Below, piece by piece: positions 38,601 to 52,005 of a stretch of DNA of 64,000 nt. The translations under genes were made by a program, and so were the position numbers. The DNA comes from the human T2T-CHM13v2.0 reference genome, Homo sapiens. The stretch's first letter is position 1. Each line of letters begins with the position of its first letter. The notes under the pieces were generated by a model that was given only the letters and a program-made list of their open reading frames with translations, did no database searches and was not told the origin of the DNA. Where the stretch lies: assembly GCF_009914755.1 (NCBI RefSeq), contig NC_060926.1, one strand, 5' to 3'.

Positions 38601-39469
38601 ATCAAGAGACATTTTACCACGTATGAAATACCTGATAGTCCTGATTCTTATCATAGGTGATATAGAGCTAGTGGAATCAGATGACTGAAAATTCACCCGC
38701 TCTTACAGAGCCTTGTTATGTATAACTCATTTAGGGAGATTTAGTACTACACACAACTGGGTGCTATGTTCTTATTTGATATCTCAAATTGTCCATGATA
38801 TTTTAGAAATTTTTGCATGTTCAAACAAGCTAATGCAGTCTGAAGCTAAAATTTTTTTTTTTTTCAAAAAGCAATTTCAGTGGAAGGACAATCTAATTCT
38901 GGGCAAATCTAAATGTCATAGACTAGAATTACAAGCCTCTAAACTACACAATCAAAAATTCAGTCACTATTGGCTGTTTGCTATTTTTCAGTTAGAGGCT
39001 TTAAAAGGTGAAATTTTTGATATAGTTGATTCAATTAACTTAGTATTCAGCAGACAGAACCTGAAAAATACAGAAACGCCCAGTAGACGACAGATCCAAA
39101 GAGTGAATTTCGGTGAATGGCACATGTTGATCTAATACTAAGGAGTATTAGCAGCCAAACAAATGGAATATTTATGAATCAGATCATTAAAGCTGTTCTT
39201 TTATGATACAAGCTCTATAAAAGTATTTTTAATACAAATTATATTACAGTGGGGTCAGAGGATTCAGCTCTATGAAGGCTGAGTGCATACCAGGGAGATG
39301 ATAGGGATAACAATTTGCATTTTTATGATGTTTTATGTCTTCTAAGCTGCTTTTGGAAAAAGAGGGGACATAAAGGCAGAAAGAGAGTATATTGGCCAAT
39401 TGACTGGGATCAGACATGCCTGGGTTTGATTCCCATCCCTGCCACCATGACGGAGACAACTGACCTATC

Positions 39470-39860
39470 ACCAAATCCTCTGCTTCCTCAGCACACAACA
39501 ATGCTACATTTCCTGGCCTCCCTTGCAGATAAGTGTGACCATAACTACATTCTAGTCAATGAAACATCAACACAAGTGCTGTGCAGCTTAGCCTTGCCTG
39601 TATAACATAGGGAATTCTTCACGTTCTTTCTCCTTCTGCCTCCTCGAGGCAGAGAAACAATGGTGGCCTTGGAGACCAAATGTAAAAAACTGTAAAACCA
39701 CAACAGAGAAAGGTCCTAAATCTTTGCATCGCTGCTTAGAGGAGGGCTTCTCACCAATTAGAATCACCCATTTTGGATTTTACATGAAAAATAATATTCT
39801 ATTACATTAAGCCACTAAGAGTTACGGGTTTATCCTTCATAGCAGCGCACAATATTGTAA
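39470..39860 (+). mobile_element. Old MLT1 (J-like) LTR flanked by MIR halves (~39370-39450, ~39880-40045)
   Basis: CTACATTTCCTGGCCTCCCTTGCAGATAAGTGTGACCATAACTA...TTAAGCCACTAAGAG; MIR core resumes at TTGGTCAAGTTACTTCTCTATGCCTC. Confidence 0.65.
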
Positions 39861-40189
39861 TGAATATGGCCAGTTTTTTCCCGGATTTTGGTCAAGTTAC
39901 TTCTCTATGCCTCAATTATTTCCTCAGTAAAATACTGGTATTACTAGTTCTACCTCGAAGAGTTGCTAGGAGGACATGCGTAAGGCGCTTTCACAGTCCT
40001 TGCCATGAGGTAAGCTCACAACAGATGGCAGCTGTTATTAATCACTTTTGCTGATGCTTAATTTTTGTTCAGCATTGTGCTATATATACACATTGACACA
40101 CACATATGTTCTCATTTAACCATCAAAATGACACTGCAATGCAGGGACTTTCACTCCTACTCTGTCCATAATAATAAGTGTGATAAAAA

Positions 40190-40420
40190 AAAAATTGGGC
40201 ATTTTCTGCATGGTCAGTACTGTTCCAAGCACTCTGCATGCACTGATACTACAAACAACTCTATATAGTATGTATTATTATTATCCTCATTTTACAGATG
40301 AGGAAACAGAGACACTGAGATTATTCTTTGGCCCCACGCCCATATAGCTAAGTAAGTGGCAGAACCAGGATTCCACTTGGGAAATCCCGCTGTAGAGCCA
40401 GATTTAACCACATTCTAGAG
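40190..40420 (-). mobile_element. MIR
   Basis: TTATTATCCTCATTTTACAGATGAGGAAACAGAGACAC. Confidence 0.8.
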
Positions 40421-41789
40421 CTGGCCATAACTACAATGCTGGTCTCTTAACCAGCTCTGGTCACTGAGGTGTCCGAAGTTTGTCAAGGTCAAGTGAAATG
40501 CCTGAGATCTAGATGTGAGTACCTATGGCCTTAGAACGTGATGGCTCAAATCAGAAGTGAATGCAATTGAATCAGCCCATCCTAACTGAGGAATTTAGTA
40601 GAATATAAATCTACTAAAGCAGTGCTAGTCCTGCAGGTTGGCTTAGTACAATAGTTAGGAAGCTGGTGGTGTTTACGCAGAGCTATATAATGCTACTAGC
40701 TCTCTAAACACTGGTATCACTTACAGCTTTGTTTTAATCTTAGAATATGTTCCAAATTCACAAACGCTTGCAGACCAGGACACATGAACGGTATTTGCCA
40801 AGTACTTCAGTTTCTGTGGAATTTTGTGGTTGGTTGGATTTTTAACCCAAGTACTGCTGATAGGTTGGTCCAGCAGTAGGACTGGAAGCAGGTAAAGTGA
40901 GACCAGATTTTTACCTTCTGTGTCTCTGTCATTAAGTCTAAGATGAGTCATCACAGAAAGCCTACAAAGCAGCCTGGTTTCTGGCTTTCTTGGGGAGATT
41001 CTAGAACATTAGTGATGCTTAATAATTTAAGTGCAGATGTTGCATGGACTGTAAATGCAACCAATTTGCTGAATTTAATTTTTCTCATGAGGAATATTGT
41101 GATGCTGCAACAGTGGTGAATCCACTTGCCTTACAGCTCTTGGACAAAAGGTCTGTTTTACTGGTAAATGTTTTTGCTTTTATATAGGCAGAGAAGGTTT
41201 CCTTCTGTAGCAAATTCTGCATTTAAATTATCCATTGAACATTACAGAATGACTGATTCATTGTCTAAAATACATGATTGAGTTTTATCATGTTAAGGGT
41301 AAGTTCATTATCTGCCTACTGCTCAAACTCAGCGATAAAAATAGTGCAAAGAAAAAGATGTGTTGAAATATAACACTATATTTTTCTGCTCTTGAAAAGC
41401 ACTCTGCAAAATTATCTCATCAGTCCTCCAAGACTTATACAGCAAAGAGCTATTACTCTATTATCAATTAAAGGTACAGTCAAGCTCTAAGTTAGAGAAT
41501 GGCTCTAGAAACTATCTAGGTCACACAAACTGATTTATTAAAGGATATATAAAAATTAGGGGAGAGATACTTGGGGCCAATATATTTTATAAATGACTTT
41601 GTTTTATAAAATATGATTATGTACTAAATACTGCAATATGCTTATTATGTTTGTCTAAGACTGTGTTTACCATATAAAAATCCAAAGCATTTTAAATAAG
41701 TGAAATATATGCTGTTAATAATGATACCAAGTGTCTCCTTGGAGTACATAGTAGAACACCAGGGTGAAGCTTGGTCTATGCAGCCTGTG

Positions 41790-41955
41790 CAACCTTGGGC
41801 AACCATCTGGCTTCTCTGTGTCTCAGTTTCCTCATCTGCAAAACGTGGAAATAGTATCTCCTGCATAATGTTGCTATAAGATGAACTAAATCAATGTATA
41901 TAAAAGTTTAGAACAATGCATAGCCTAAAATAAGTGCTTGATGAATGCAAAAAGA
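41790..41955 (+). mobile_element. MIR
   Basis: CTCTGTGTCTCAGTTTCCTCATCTGCAAAA core. Confidence 0.8.
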
Positions 41956-41989
41956 ATAAATGTTGTTTAGCTTTTACAGTTTCAATCAT

Positions 41990-42248
41990 AAGATAAATAA
42001 ATTCTGGGTATCTAGTATACAGTATGATGGCCATTGTTAATTATACTTCATTGTGTACTTAAAATTTGCTAAAAAAAAAAAAGGTAGATCTTATCAACAC
42101 ATATACACTCACGGTAACTATGTGAGGTGATTTGTTTGTGTTCATTAGTTTGTTTGTGGTAATCATTTTACAATGTATACATAAATCAAATCATCACATT
42201 GTATACCTTAAATATATATAACTTTTATTTATCAAATAAGCTGGAAAA
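41990..42248 (+). mobile_element. L1M (MA/MB) 3' end
   Basis: GGTAACTATGTGAGGTGAT...TGTGGTAATCATTTTACAATGTATAC...AAATAAGCTGGAAAA. Confidence 0.75.
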
Positions 42249-42749
42249 GTATATTAGTTAGCTTTTCTTGGGGGAGCATATATTACTCTTTTTCAATAAA
42301 GATTAAGAATAATTTTATTAAAAGCTAATGCACCAAAAGAGGATGCTTCAATTCCAAAAGGTGTGAAGGAGGTAATTAAATGTTAAAAATAAATATTTCC
42401 TACCTTCCCTACTGAAACTCTATGTTAAGAGAAATTAAAACTGGGGTGACAAAGAGGCCAATATTTCCATTCACTACTTGTCATTGTCCAACCTGGAAGT
42501 GTTTTGGGGTAAGGAGGAACAATCTAGGTATCATTCCCAAATTCCTAATTTGGGTGGTTTCCGTTTTTAATGCAACTTATCTCTAGGAGAATCATTCACA
42601 TCTATTCAGAACGTACTTTACCTGTTCAGTTTGTTTAAATGAAGCCATTTGGAGAGTTTGGATTGTTAAGGAATATGAACTACAAGTTTATAACGTGGGA
42701 AATTTTAGGTGAAAATTATGAGAGAACATCTCAGTGAAGCAATTTGGAT

Positions 42750-43250
42750 AGTATGTCACTTATCTCCTGCTGCTTAAAAAAAAACCTCCCCAAAACTTAC
42801 AAGCATGAAGCAACAACCATTAGCCCAGCTTATACATCTTTTGGGTGACAAAGTAGATTGGGCTCAGCTGGGTGATTCTTCTGATCTGGGCTAGTTTGGG
42901 GCATTCTTAGCTGCCTTAGGTCACATTTCTGGAGGCTTGGCTGGAACAATTCGGCTGACTTCTCCATATGAGCTCTTATCATACAGCAGGCTGGCCTGAG
43001 TTTGTTCAAATGATGCATACAGGGAGCCAAGAGCAAGTAGAGGCCTGCAAAATATTTTCGGTTCTAGGATGGGCACTGGAATGCTTCCACAGCATTTCTT
43101 GGATCAAAGCAAGTCACAAGACCAGTGCAGACTCCGGGACTGGAAAAATAGACTCCAACACTTGATGGGAGGAGCTGCAAAGTCATGTCACAAATGATGA
43201 GGAGAGAGCCAAAGGAAGGATTAGTGGTCCAAATGTGAAATCTACCACGG
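42750..43250 (-). mobile_element. Old MLT1 (G/H-like) LTR
   Basis: CCCCAAAACTTA..., GGGCTCAGCTGGGTGATTCTTCTG, CAAAGCAAGTCACAAGACCAG motifs. Confidence 0.7.
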
Positions 43251-43363
43251 GTAGCCAACATCATTCCTATGTTAGCAAGAAGAAGGCTGAAGAAGGCCCC
43301 ATCAAAATCAGAGAGAATCAAAGTTCATTTTGCAAATTGGCTGGGACCCTCATAGCCTTAAAA

Positions 43364-43680
43364 TGGATGAAGCTGGAAACCATCATTCTAAGCAAACTAT
43401 CACAAAGACAGAAAACCAAACACCGCATGTTCTCACTCATAGGTGGGAGTTGAACAATGACAACACATGGACACAGGGCGGGGAACATCACACACAGGGG
43501 CCGGTCGGGGGGTGGCGGACTGGGGGAGGGATAGCATTAGGAGAAATACCTAGTGTAAATGACGAGTTGATGGGTGCAGCAAACCAACATGGCACATGTA
43601 TACCTATGTAACAAACCTGCATGTTGTGCACATGTACCCTAGAACTTAAAGTATAATAAAAATAAATAAATAAATAAAAA
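43364..43680 (+). mobile_element. L1PA (about PA6-PA7) 3' end
   Basis: TGGATGAAGCTGGAAACCATCATTCT...GTACCCTAGAACTTAAAGTATAATAAA with (TAAA)n tail; short TSD TTAAAAT. Confidence 0.92.
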
Positions 43681-44422
43681 TTAAAATATATATATAATTT
43701 CTATTTTTCTGGCATCTTATTTCATTCTGTTGTCTAATGTGAAGCAAGATTTCATGTAAATGGAATTGCTGGCCAGACCAAAACATTCATGTGTGTGTGG
43801 TTCATGCTAATTCAACCCATATGACTGGAAAAACTGAGAGATCCTTAATTTTCCTACTATTAGGTGAAAATTAACAATTCTTTAAGAATATAGATAATAA
43901 ATTATTTGCATATCATTGCTCTTGCTTTAGTTTTGTCAAGTGTGACAGACAACTTTTCATAAAGTACTTCCCCACATTGGAGAGGGTGGAGAGGAGGACA
44001 GCTTCAGTAATTCAGTGCATTAATCCAATAACATAGTATCATTAACTAAGGTAAAAACACCTTTTCAATGGATACCTCTGGAACTCTCCCTTTTGGTGTT
44101 ATGTAATTGTATTGTAAATTTAACTAAGATTTATTTTTAGAACGTCAGCGTTTTAGCAACCACATCTATCAGTCCACCAACTACAAAGTCAAGACTCTTT
44201 TTGAAAAAGGCCTCATGAATACAAGTTAAGACAGTAGCTAATGCTTTTAACTAAACAGCATAAATACATAATGCAAACAAAGACAATTCTTCAAGATGCA
44301 CATAGAGGGAAAATATAACCTTCAAGGTTTAGAAAATGTCGGGTGCTTTAAAATTAAATGGTATGAGAAATATAAAAAGCTAGAGGTAGTCCAGAAAAAT
44401 AGGAGAAATAAACAACATTTGT

Positions 44423-44506
44423 TAAAGTAATTAGAGATGATAGTATTAATTAAAGTAATTACAGATGATAGTATTAATTAAAGTAATTAGAGAAGATACT
44501 ATTAAT
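44423..44506. repeat. 28-bp tandem repeat x3
   Basis: Unit TAAAGTAATTAGAGATGATAGTATTAAT at 44423, 44451 and 44479. Confidence 0.92.
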
Positions 44507-44968
44507 CTTGCAGTCTCCTCTGGCATAATAAATGTGGATTACATTCTCTTTGTCTCTTCAGACCAAAACTATATAGAGGAGAAAGTAGGACAACTTTAGA
44601 AGTTTATGAGATGACATGAAAATGAGACATGAAAACAATCCAGGTAGGTAACTTAACATCTTGAAGTGTTAGAGCTGAAAAGATTAATAGAGATTAGATT
44701 ACATAATCCCTCATTTTAAAGCTGAAGAAACTGAGTTGTTTGCCCAAGTTCGCACAGCTAACAGGTAACTAATCTACTCCCCAATAACTGATTTTACTAT
44801 ACTTGCCTTAGGGCCTGATCACAATTGCTTAGTAAGTTCCCAGTCATGCTCATCCAGTTTTTATGACCTTATTTTAACATATGTGAAATATTTTTAAATT
44901 AATTTCTGAATATTTTAGCATGCTGGAGAATGAGGGGCTCATAGCTAGGATCAAAGACTTCATTGAAA

Positions 44969-45334
44969 GATATGGTTTGGATGTGTGTTCCCTCCAAGTC
45001 TCATATTGAAATTTTTACCCCCGTGTTGGAGTAGGGCAATAGTGGAAGGTGGGGGTGATGGAGGCAGATCCCTCATGCTATTCTCACAGCAATGAGTGAA
45101 TTCTCACTCTATTAGTTCGTGTGAGAGCTGGTTGTTTAAAGAGTGTGGCGCCTTCTCCTCTTGCTCCTTCTCTCACCATCTTCCCCCTTTACCTTCCACC
45201 ATGATTGGAAGCTTCCTGAGGCCTCACTGGAAGCTGAGCAGATGCTGGTGCCATGCTTGTACAGTCTGCAGAACCATGAGCCAACTACCCAGTCTCAGGT
45301 ATTTTTCTATAGCAACACAAAATGGATTAACACA
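44969..45334 (+). mobile_element. MST-family solo LTR with internal deletions
   Basis: GATATGGTTTGGATGTGTG...CCCAGTCTCAGGTATTTTTCTATAGCAACACAAAATGGATTAACACA. Confidence 0.85.
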
Positions 45335-46819
45335 TTGAACTTCTGACTTAAATCTCAACTCACCTAATCACTGGGTTTTTGCAGATGAGATATGGGTAAG
45401 TTGGGTTTCTGAAAAATGCAGGAAGGGCTTCCACTTCTATAAACATGTTCAGCTACGTCTCTCTTCTCACCGAAGGTCCAGCACTGCTTCAAACTGGATA
45501 AATAAGCTACGATTTCAGGCAATCACGTGAGTAGAGGAACATTGAGCTCTTCATTTCTTTAGAGCATAAACAGGCATCAAAAGAGGTTTTTTTTAGAATC
45601 GCTTGAGTTGTTGATACTCTGAGGACAAAGTGTTGCCCACTAGAAGGAAGGACCATGGGGAAAAGCAGACCTAATTATATGAGACATCTCCAACCTTGGC
45701 AGCCCCCATGGCATAAGTACTTCACTCTCATAACCCGCATAAGTACAGTTGTTCTCTGTAGTAAATATGTGATGTAAATTTGTGGAAATAGGAAAGGATG
45801 GGAGAAAGAAAGGATTCAAAAAGGAAGAGGGAAGGGGAGAAAAATAAAAAGAAAGTATCATTTAACAAGAACTTTTGAGTGTTCGTGGGTGGGCAGAGAG
45901 GAAGACCTGAGAATTAATGGAGAGAAAAAAGATGTGGCTACAGATGTAGGAGGTGAGAGGATTCTAGAATGAAGATTAATGTGATAAAGAGGACATTACA
46001 TAATACGTTGGTGGGTTATAAATTAGTCCTCTTTGTCATTATTTTTAAAAAATAAGTAAATAATGCAATTATTTTTATGACTATTGCTTGCCTGATAGTA
46101 CTTCTTTGTATCCCACAAGGCCTTGACTTTTATGGGATGACATCACCTGTTGCTTTCTGAGTTTTCATCAATTTCTAGAGCTGCATTTTCTTCCACAAAG
46201 CCTCTTGTTCTTAGTAATGGCTGCTCACTCTACCTCTGGCCCTGCCTATAACTCTATTGGCTCATGCTGCCAGATACCTCTCTGTTGCTGTGGAGAACTG
46301 AGGAGTAACAACATGATAGTACAGCTTAAAATAAATACTATCATAGAGAAAAATAAAATAAAATATAAGGATCTGGGGAGAAAATACATTTGTAGAAACA
46401 AAGAAAATGAGAAGACTATGAAGTGTTGCTACAATTAAAATGTTGATTCTAAATCTGTTTGAACTTCAGTTTCTCTTCTTTTTTTCTGAGTGATCAGATG
46501 GCTCATATTCTGAATGTGTTAGCTTAGGCATTCAGCTTAGAATACACGTTGATTAATTCTGAATTATTCAGCGTTAATCAGGTATTGCTTCAAGTTTTCT
46601 TCTTTGTGCTTCATGTCTCCAAAGTCAGAAAGTTGAGCTTAAATACTTCTGAATAAAGTAATTCCTAAATGAAATGTGAGTGTGGCTCTACCAAACAGGA
46701 GGGGTGTTAGCTATGCAAGGCTGGGCTGCCAAAGGGCAGTTTGGAAAGAAAAGGAAGCAATTTCTCAAAAGATGGATGGAATTGATATCAGGATATAATC
46801 CTGTCTATTTAAAATGGTT

Positions 46820-46886
46820 GTATACCTATGTAACAAACCTGCACGTTGTGCACATGTACCCTAGAACTTAAAGTATTATATATATA
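46820..46886 (+). mobile_element. Ultra-short L1PA 3' tip
   Basis: GTATACCTATGTAACAAACCTGCACGTTGTGCACATGTACCCTAGAACTTAAAGTAT plus (TA)n; TSD TAAAATGGTT (46810-46819, 46887-46896). Confidence 0.9.
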
Positions 46887-48329
46887 TAAAATGGTTTAGA
46901 TGACACGGTGCTTAAAGGCAGCATTGCTGATGGGCTCTGGGACCAATACGGTGTTTCCGAGAGCTGCAGAGAGCTATGGGACTCTGAGTATTATGATATC
47001 CAAGCCTTGGGATAATGTTCAGGAAAAAATGCACAGGGGAAACTGATAATGTTTGCTATTAATGATGGGGATTGGGAAAATACCTAATGCAGTGAAAAAA
47101 AAAAAGTGTGATTTAGGTATGGGTGGCCCTATGCCCAATCCTGATTCTACCTTTTACCAGCCATGTGGCTTATTCCATCTGAATAACTAAGCTTTGGTTT
47201 TTTATATTCAATTTGGCACCTAGTGGATATCCAAATACTGATAACTATTAATATGACTTTAAACATAGGCTTCAGTGCATAGAGCAATGGTTTGAAGTCA
47301 CATGGTTCTCCCACACTTCTTTGGGGTTGGCCTTTAATGCATGAATGAGCTCACCTGATTGGAAGGGGACACAGTATCCTGCATAAAAACAGGAATTTCA
47401 TCTCCAACTCCTTCTAACTCAAACTATCCTGTGCCATAAAGGATAGAGATGTGGTATTGGTGACTCAAAGATACCATGGCAACATGGAGGAGTCCTAGGG
47501 AGGAAGGCTTAGCCTCAGAGCTTAGATGTGGAGACAGGCCTGAGATCCAACCCTTTTACTTTGTCCCTGCACCAGTGAAAACGGTAGCGAGCTGGGTCAG
47601 GAGAAGCCAGTGCTGGTAATTGTGCAGCCTATGAAGAAAGTCAGTTTTATTCTAAGTATTCATGCTCTTATCAGATTCTAAAGTTGACAGAATTGGCACG
47701 AAATAAGATCTGCATGTTTATGTCTGAGAATGTTTCTTCTGGACCTCTAAACCCATAAAGTCTCTAAAGATCAGATTTGACTTTAACTTTTTTTTTCATT
47801 TTGGCCATGCAGTTTATCCAGTGGAATGTGGTAAAATATGAACTAAATTTCATGGGCCAAAATAAATCTCTTTGTTAAAGTTGTGCCATTTCTAACCTAT
47901 TCTTTCCAAATGACTTTTTTTTTGTTACTTCTTAGTATTTCTTGGTTGACCAATTTATACTTGTCATCTTAATCAAATTTGATTTATTTGGTTATATTTT
48001 TAAAGAGCCGTGTACTCTTTCCATCACTTCTCCTTCCCCAGAAATATTTTTTAAATGTTTTTCTAAAAAACAAAACAAAAAAATCTTTACTTTTTACTCC
48101 ATCCATTGGTTCACTCCCTGGGCACTGCTTGTCCAGCCTCCTATTTATTTCTTAACATCTCCCTACCTATCCCCCCAATTTTTCCTAAAAATGCTTTCTT
48201 TGGGAAAGGAGCATCATCTGCTCATCAGCTATATAAACTGAAAGGCTCGAGTTTCTTCTACTCTACCTTTGCCTTCCTCCTCCACAACCAGAGGTCACTA
48301 AGATCTGTCCATTTTACTTGCTGAATGTC

Positions 48330-48985
48330 CTTTTTTAAAATAATGGCATTATAGATACATAATTCATATACCACAAAAATCACCCTTTTAAAATGTAGTC
48401 AAGTGGCTCTTATTATATTCACAGAGTTGTGAAACCATCACCACTCTCTATTTCCAGAACATTTTCTTCATTACCCCAAAAAGAAATCCTGTACCCATTA
48501 ACAGTCAGTCCCTGTACCTCTCCCAAGTGCCTATCAATTGACTTTTTGTCTCCAGGATTTGGCTATTCTGAATAATTCATATAAATGAAATCATACAATG
48601 TGTGGTCTGTTGTGACTGGCTTCTCTCACTTAGCATAATGTTTTCAAGGTTCATCCACATAATAACATGTATCAGCTCTTTATCCCTTTTTATGGCTGAT
48701 AATATTCCACTATAAGGAGGATATACCATATTGTGTTTATCCTTCCAATGGACATTTAGGTTGTTTCCACTTTGGGCTATTATGAATACTGCTGTTATAA
48801 ACGTTCATATGCATGGATATCCATTTTTGTATGGATGTGTTTTCAATTCTATTGGGTAGATACTTAAGGAGTCAGATTTCTGGATCACAGGGTACTCCAA
48901 GTTTAATATTTGAGAAACTGCCAAACAGTTTTCCAAAGTTGCCGTGCCATTTTACAACCCCACCGGAAGTGTATGAAGGTTTGAC
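48330..48985 (-). mobile_element. L1MB-like 3' fragment within an L2 remnant
   Basis: AATTCATATACCACAAAAATCACCCTTTTAAA...CTTAGCATAATGTTTTCAAGGTTCATCCA...GAAACTGCCAAACAGTTTTCCAAAGT. Confidence 0.85.
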
Positions 48986-49594
48986 TTGATGAATATTGAA
49001 ATTTCTGCACCTTCTCCTCCATCACACTATCAATGCCTTATTCGGGTCCTCATCACGTCTAACCTGAAATATGACCATCAACTGATTGACCTAGCCATTG
49101 CTGCCCAGGCTTCCTGATCCATCTTCCCCACTTCCACCAGGGAGCACAAACCTGACCAAATCACTTCATGTTAAAGATCACAGATATTTCACATGGCCAA
49201 AAGGACTAAACATAATCTGGTGCCAGCTGCTTAGCCTCTGCTTCCTCTCCTTACACCTCACACATCCTTTATGCTCAGCTTCTAAGACTCTTCACTTACA
49301 ATGAATTTATTTGAATTTTAGGGGCAACGTGAGAATATATATTTCAGTGGAACCATGTCCTCTGCCATCCATAGCTGTCATCCAGAAAATATTTATTGAA
49401 TACCCACTACTCTATTAGAAAATGATCATAACTCTCCTCCCTCTTACATTATCCATTATTTGGACCTGAGGTAAAATGTTGAATCGATCAAAAGTATTTC
49501 TCACATTTTTGGTCTTTATTTGATGGAAAATGCTCAATAAATTGGACAATTCACTGGACTTGAGCTTAAGATCTACTATTGATTGATATTATTA

Positions 49595-50000
49595 TTTCAT
49601 GTATTCAAAAAATACTTACTGAGCACTTAGTATATGCCAGATACTGTTCTAGACACCTGGGATACAAAAGAGATAAAATTTCCTGTTGTCATGAGCTTTC
49701 CTTCTAGAAGGGAAAGACAGGCAATGAACAAATAAGTAAAATACAGCATTTTAAATGACAATAAGTGCTACAGAAAATGAAAAGCAGGACTGGGGACAAG
49801 GACTGCTTGGAGAAGGTTGTAATTTTAAATAAAGTGGTCAGGAAAGGCCACACGGACAAGGTGATGTTGGAGAAAAGATCTGAAAGAAATCAAAGTTTGC
49901 ACCATGTGGTTATCTGTGAGAGGCGTCTTCCAGGGAGAGAGGACCCTGAGGAGGGAGGGTGTTTGATGTGTTCTAGTAACAGCCAGGAGGCTAGTGCCCA
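49595..50000 (-). mobile_element. L2 3' fragment
   Basis: TATTCAAAAAATACTTACTGAGCACTTAGTATATGCCAGATACTGTTCTAG...GTGGTCAGGAAAGGCC. Confidence 0.75.
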
Positions 50001-51731
50001 CAGAACCACATGAATAACAGTATGTGTTGAATGATGAGTCTGATTGTTTCGTGATAAAACTGATAATTACATGGATCCACCTTTTTACAGAGCAGGCAGC
50101 CCTAAGACCTCCTCAGAACAGGAAGCTAAGAAGCAGTAGGAGAAGATCAAACTAGGCTCTGTTGCTGTTTAGTGAACACCATGACCACTTGGGCTAGAAC
50201 TTACTCTGAGAGATGCTTAGAGCCCAGTCATTTCCCTAACATTGGTTATTTTTGTCACTCCCCATCTGCTATCTGAAGAAGGGAGATATAAAAAGTCCAA
50301 GACGCCAAAAGAGGTTGCTTGCTTACTTCAGAAACAGCAGGGAGGCCAGAAGCTGGAAAGGTTTTCCATCGTTCTAACAGCCACAGGGCAGTGGGGGCTG
50401 CTGATCTGGAGAAGTAGGTGGAAGCAGTGAGGGAAGAATTGGACTAAATTCCCATGTGTCGGGGTCAAAAGGCAAGGAAGAAGAGATGAGGGCTGGCCAG
50501 GGAAGAGGACCACACTCCAGGGTTTGACTGGCAGGTGTTCATGAGACCTCTGGCAAGTTTTGCGACTATTTTGCAGGAGGACTGCAGCTCACTGGTTACC
50601 ATGCTTGCCCTTCTGAAATAGAAGCTATTTCCTGCACTGAAGAATTTAATTATTGAAACCCAGATTGTCAGATAAAGTTACTGATTTGTGCTTCTCCAGA
50701 ATATTCCAGTAAAAGAAAATAGTGCATACCACTGCATTTGTCTTTGCTTTTTTAAGCATTATTTTTTAAAGCAAAAATAAAACATGCACATTATTTCTAA
50801 AGTTAAATTATACCGGGTTTATGGCAGAGGAAAAAAAAATCACCTCTTTTTTCCCCACTCCTCTTTGTTGACATTCACTATCATCTCCTTTAGCTATTTT
50901 TTAAAAATCTGTATCTCAAAACTTTCAAATAACACAATCACACAGCTATTTTTCCAGTTTTATATGTTACCTATTAAATTCTCTCTTGCCCTCTTCCTAG
51001 TTCTCCAATTATCTCTCATTCTCCTAAAATAGTTATATGACTCTTGGGTTAAATTGATTCTCAGTGATTACTAATTATAACGACTTAAATTTTATTCCCA
51101 GGTAAGTGATAATGTCCACTAGCATCATCTTTCCTCTTGCATCACTTTCCCTCAATCTCTGCCTTACACTCTACTGTTTTTGTTGTGGTTGATGAGAATG
51201 ATGTTTGTTTTGTTTTGTTTGTTTTTAAAGCTTACATTTCCCTGTCTTCGATTCTTTGTGCACACTTTTATGTCTCATGGAAAGTTCCTCTCCCACCCTT
51301 TCTCAGCCCTCCACTCCTCGGTCCACACAGGTTACTCAGCGTTTCCATCTTTAACACTACTGTCCTCTGGGAAATCCTCCTTGACACTCCAGCCTAGGTT
51401 AACCTCCTCGGGATATGCCAGTTACACTGCACTTCTTTAAAACACTCATCCTAGCCATCAGGTTTCATAAGGATAGGATTGTGTTGGTCTCCTTTCTCAG
51501 CACCAAAACACTTTTAGACACATAGTAGACTTTAAATAAATATTTGTGGAAGAAAGGGAAGGAGGGAGAGAAAAGATGAATGAAGGAGGAAGGAAAGGGC
51601 TCAAAGAGACAGAAAGAGAGAAGGAAAGGGAAAATGGATAGACTTACTATCCAATTTAGTGACTATTCTCATCTCATAACACATTAAGTACACCTTTCTA
51701 AGGATTTTGGTCAGCTATGGCTACGAGGAGT

Positions 51732-52005
<274 letters not shown>

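Noticed and set aside
43497-43530. G-rich, G4-capable tract
   Set aside because: Standard L1 3' UTR feature present in thousands of copies.
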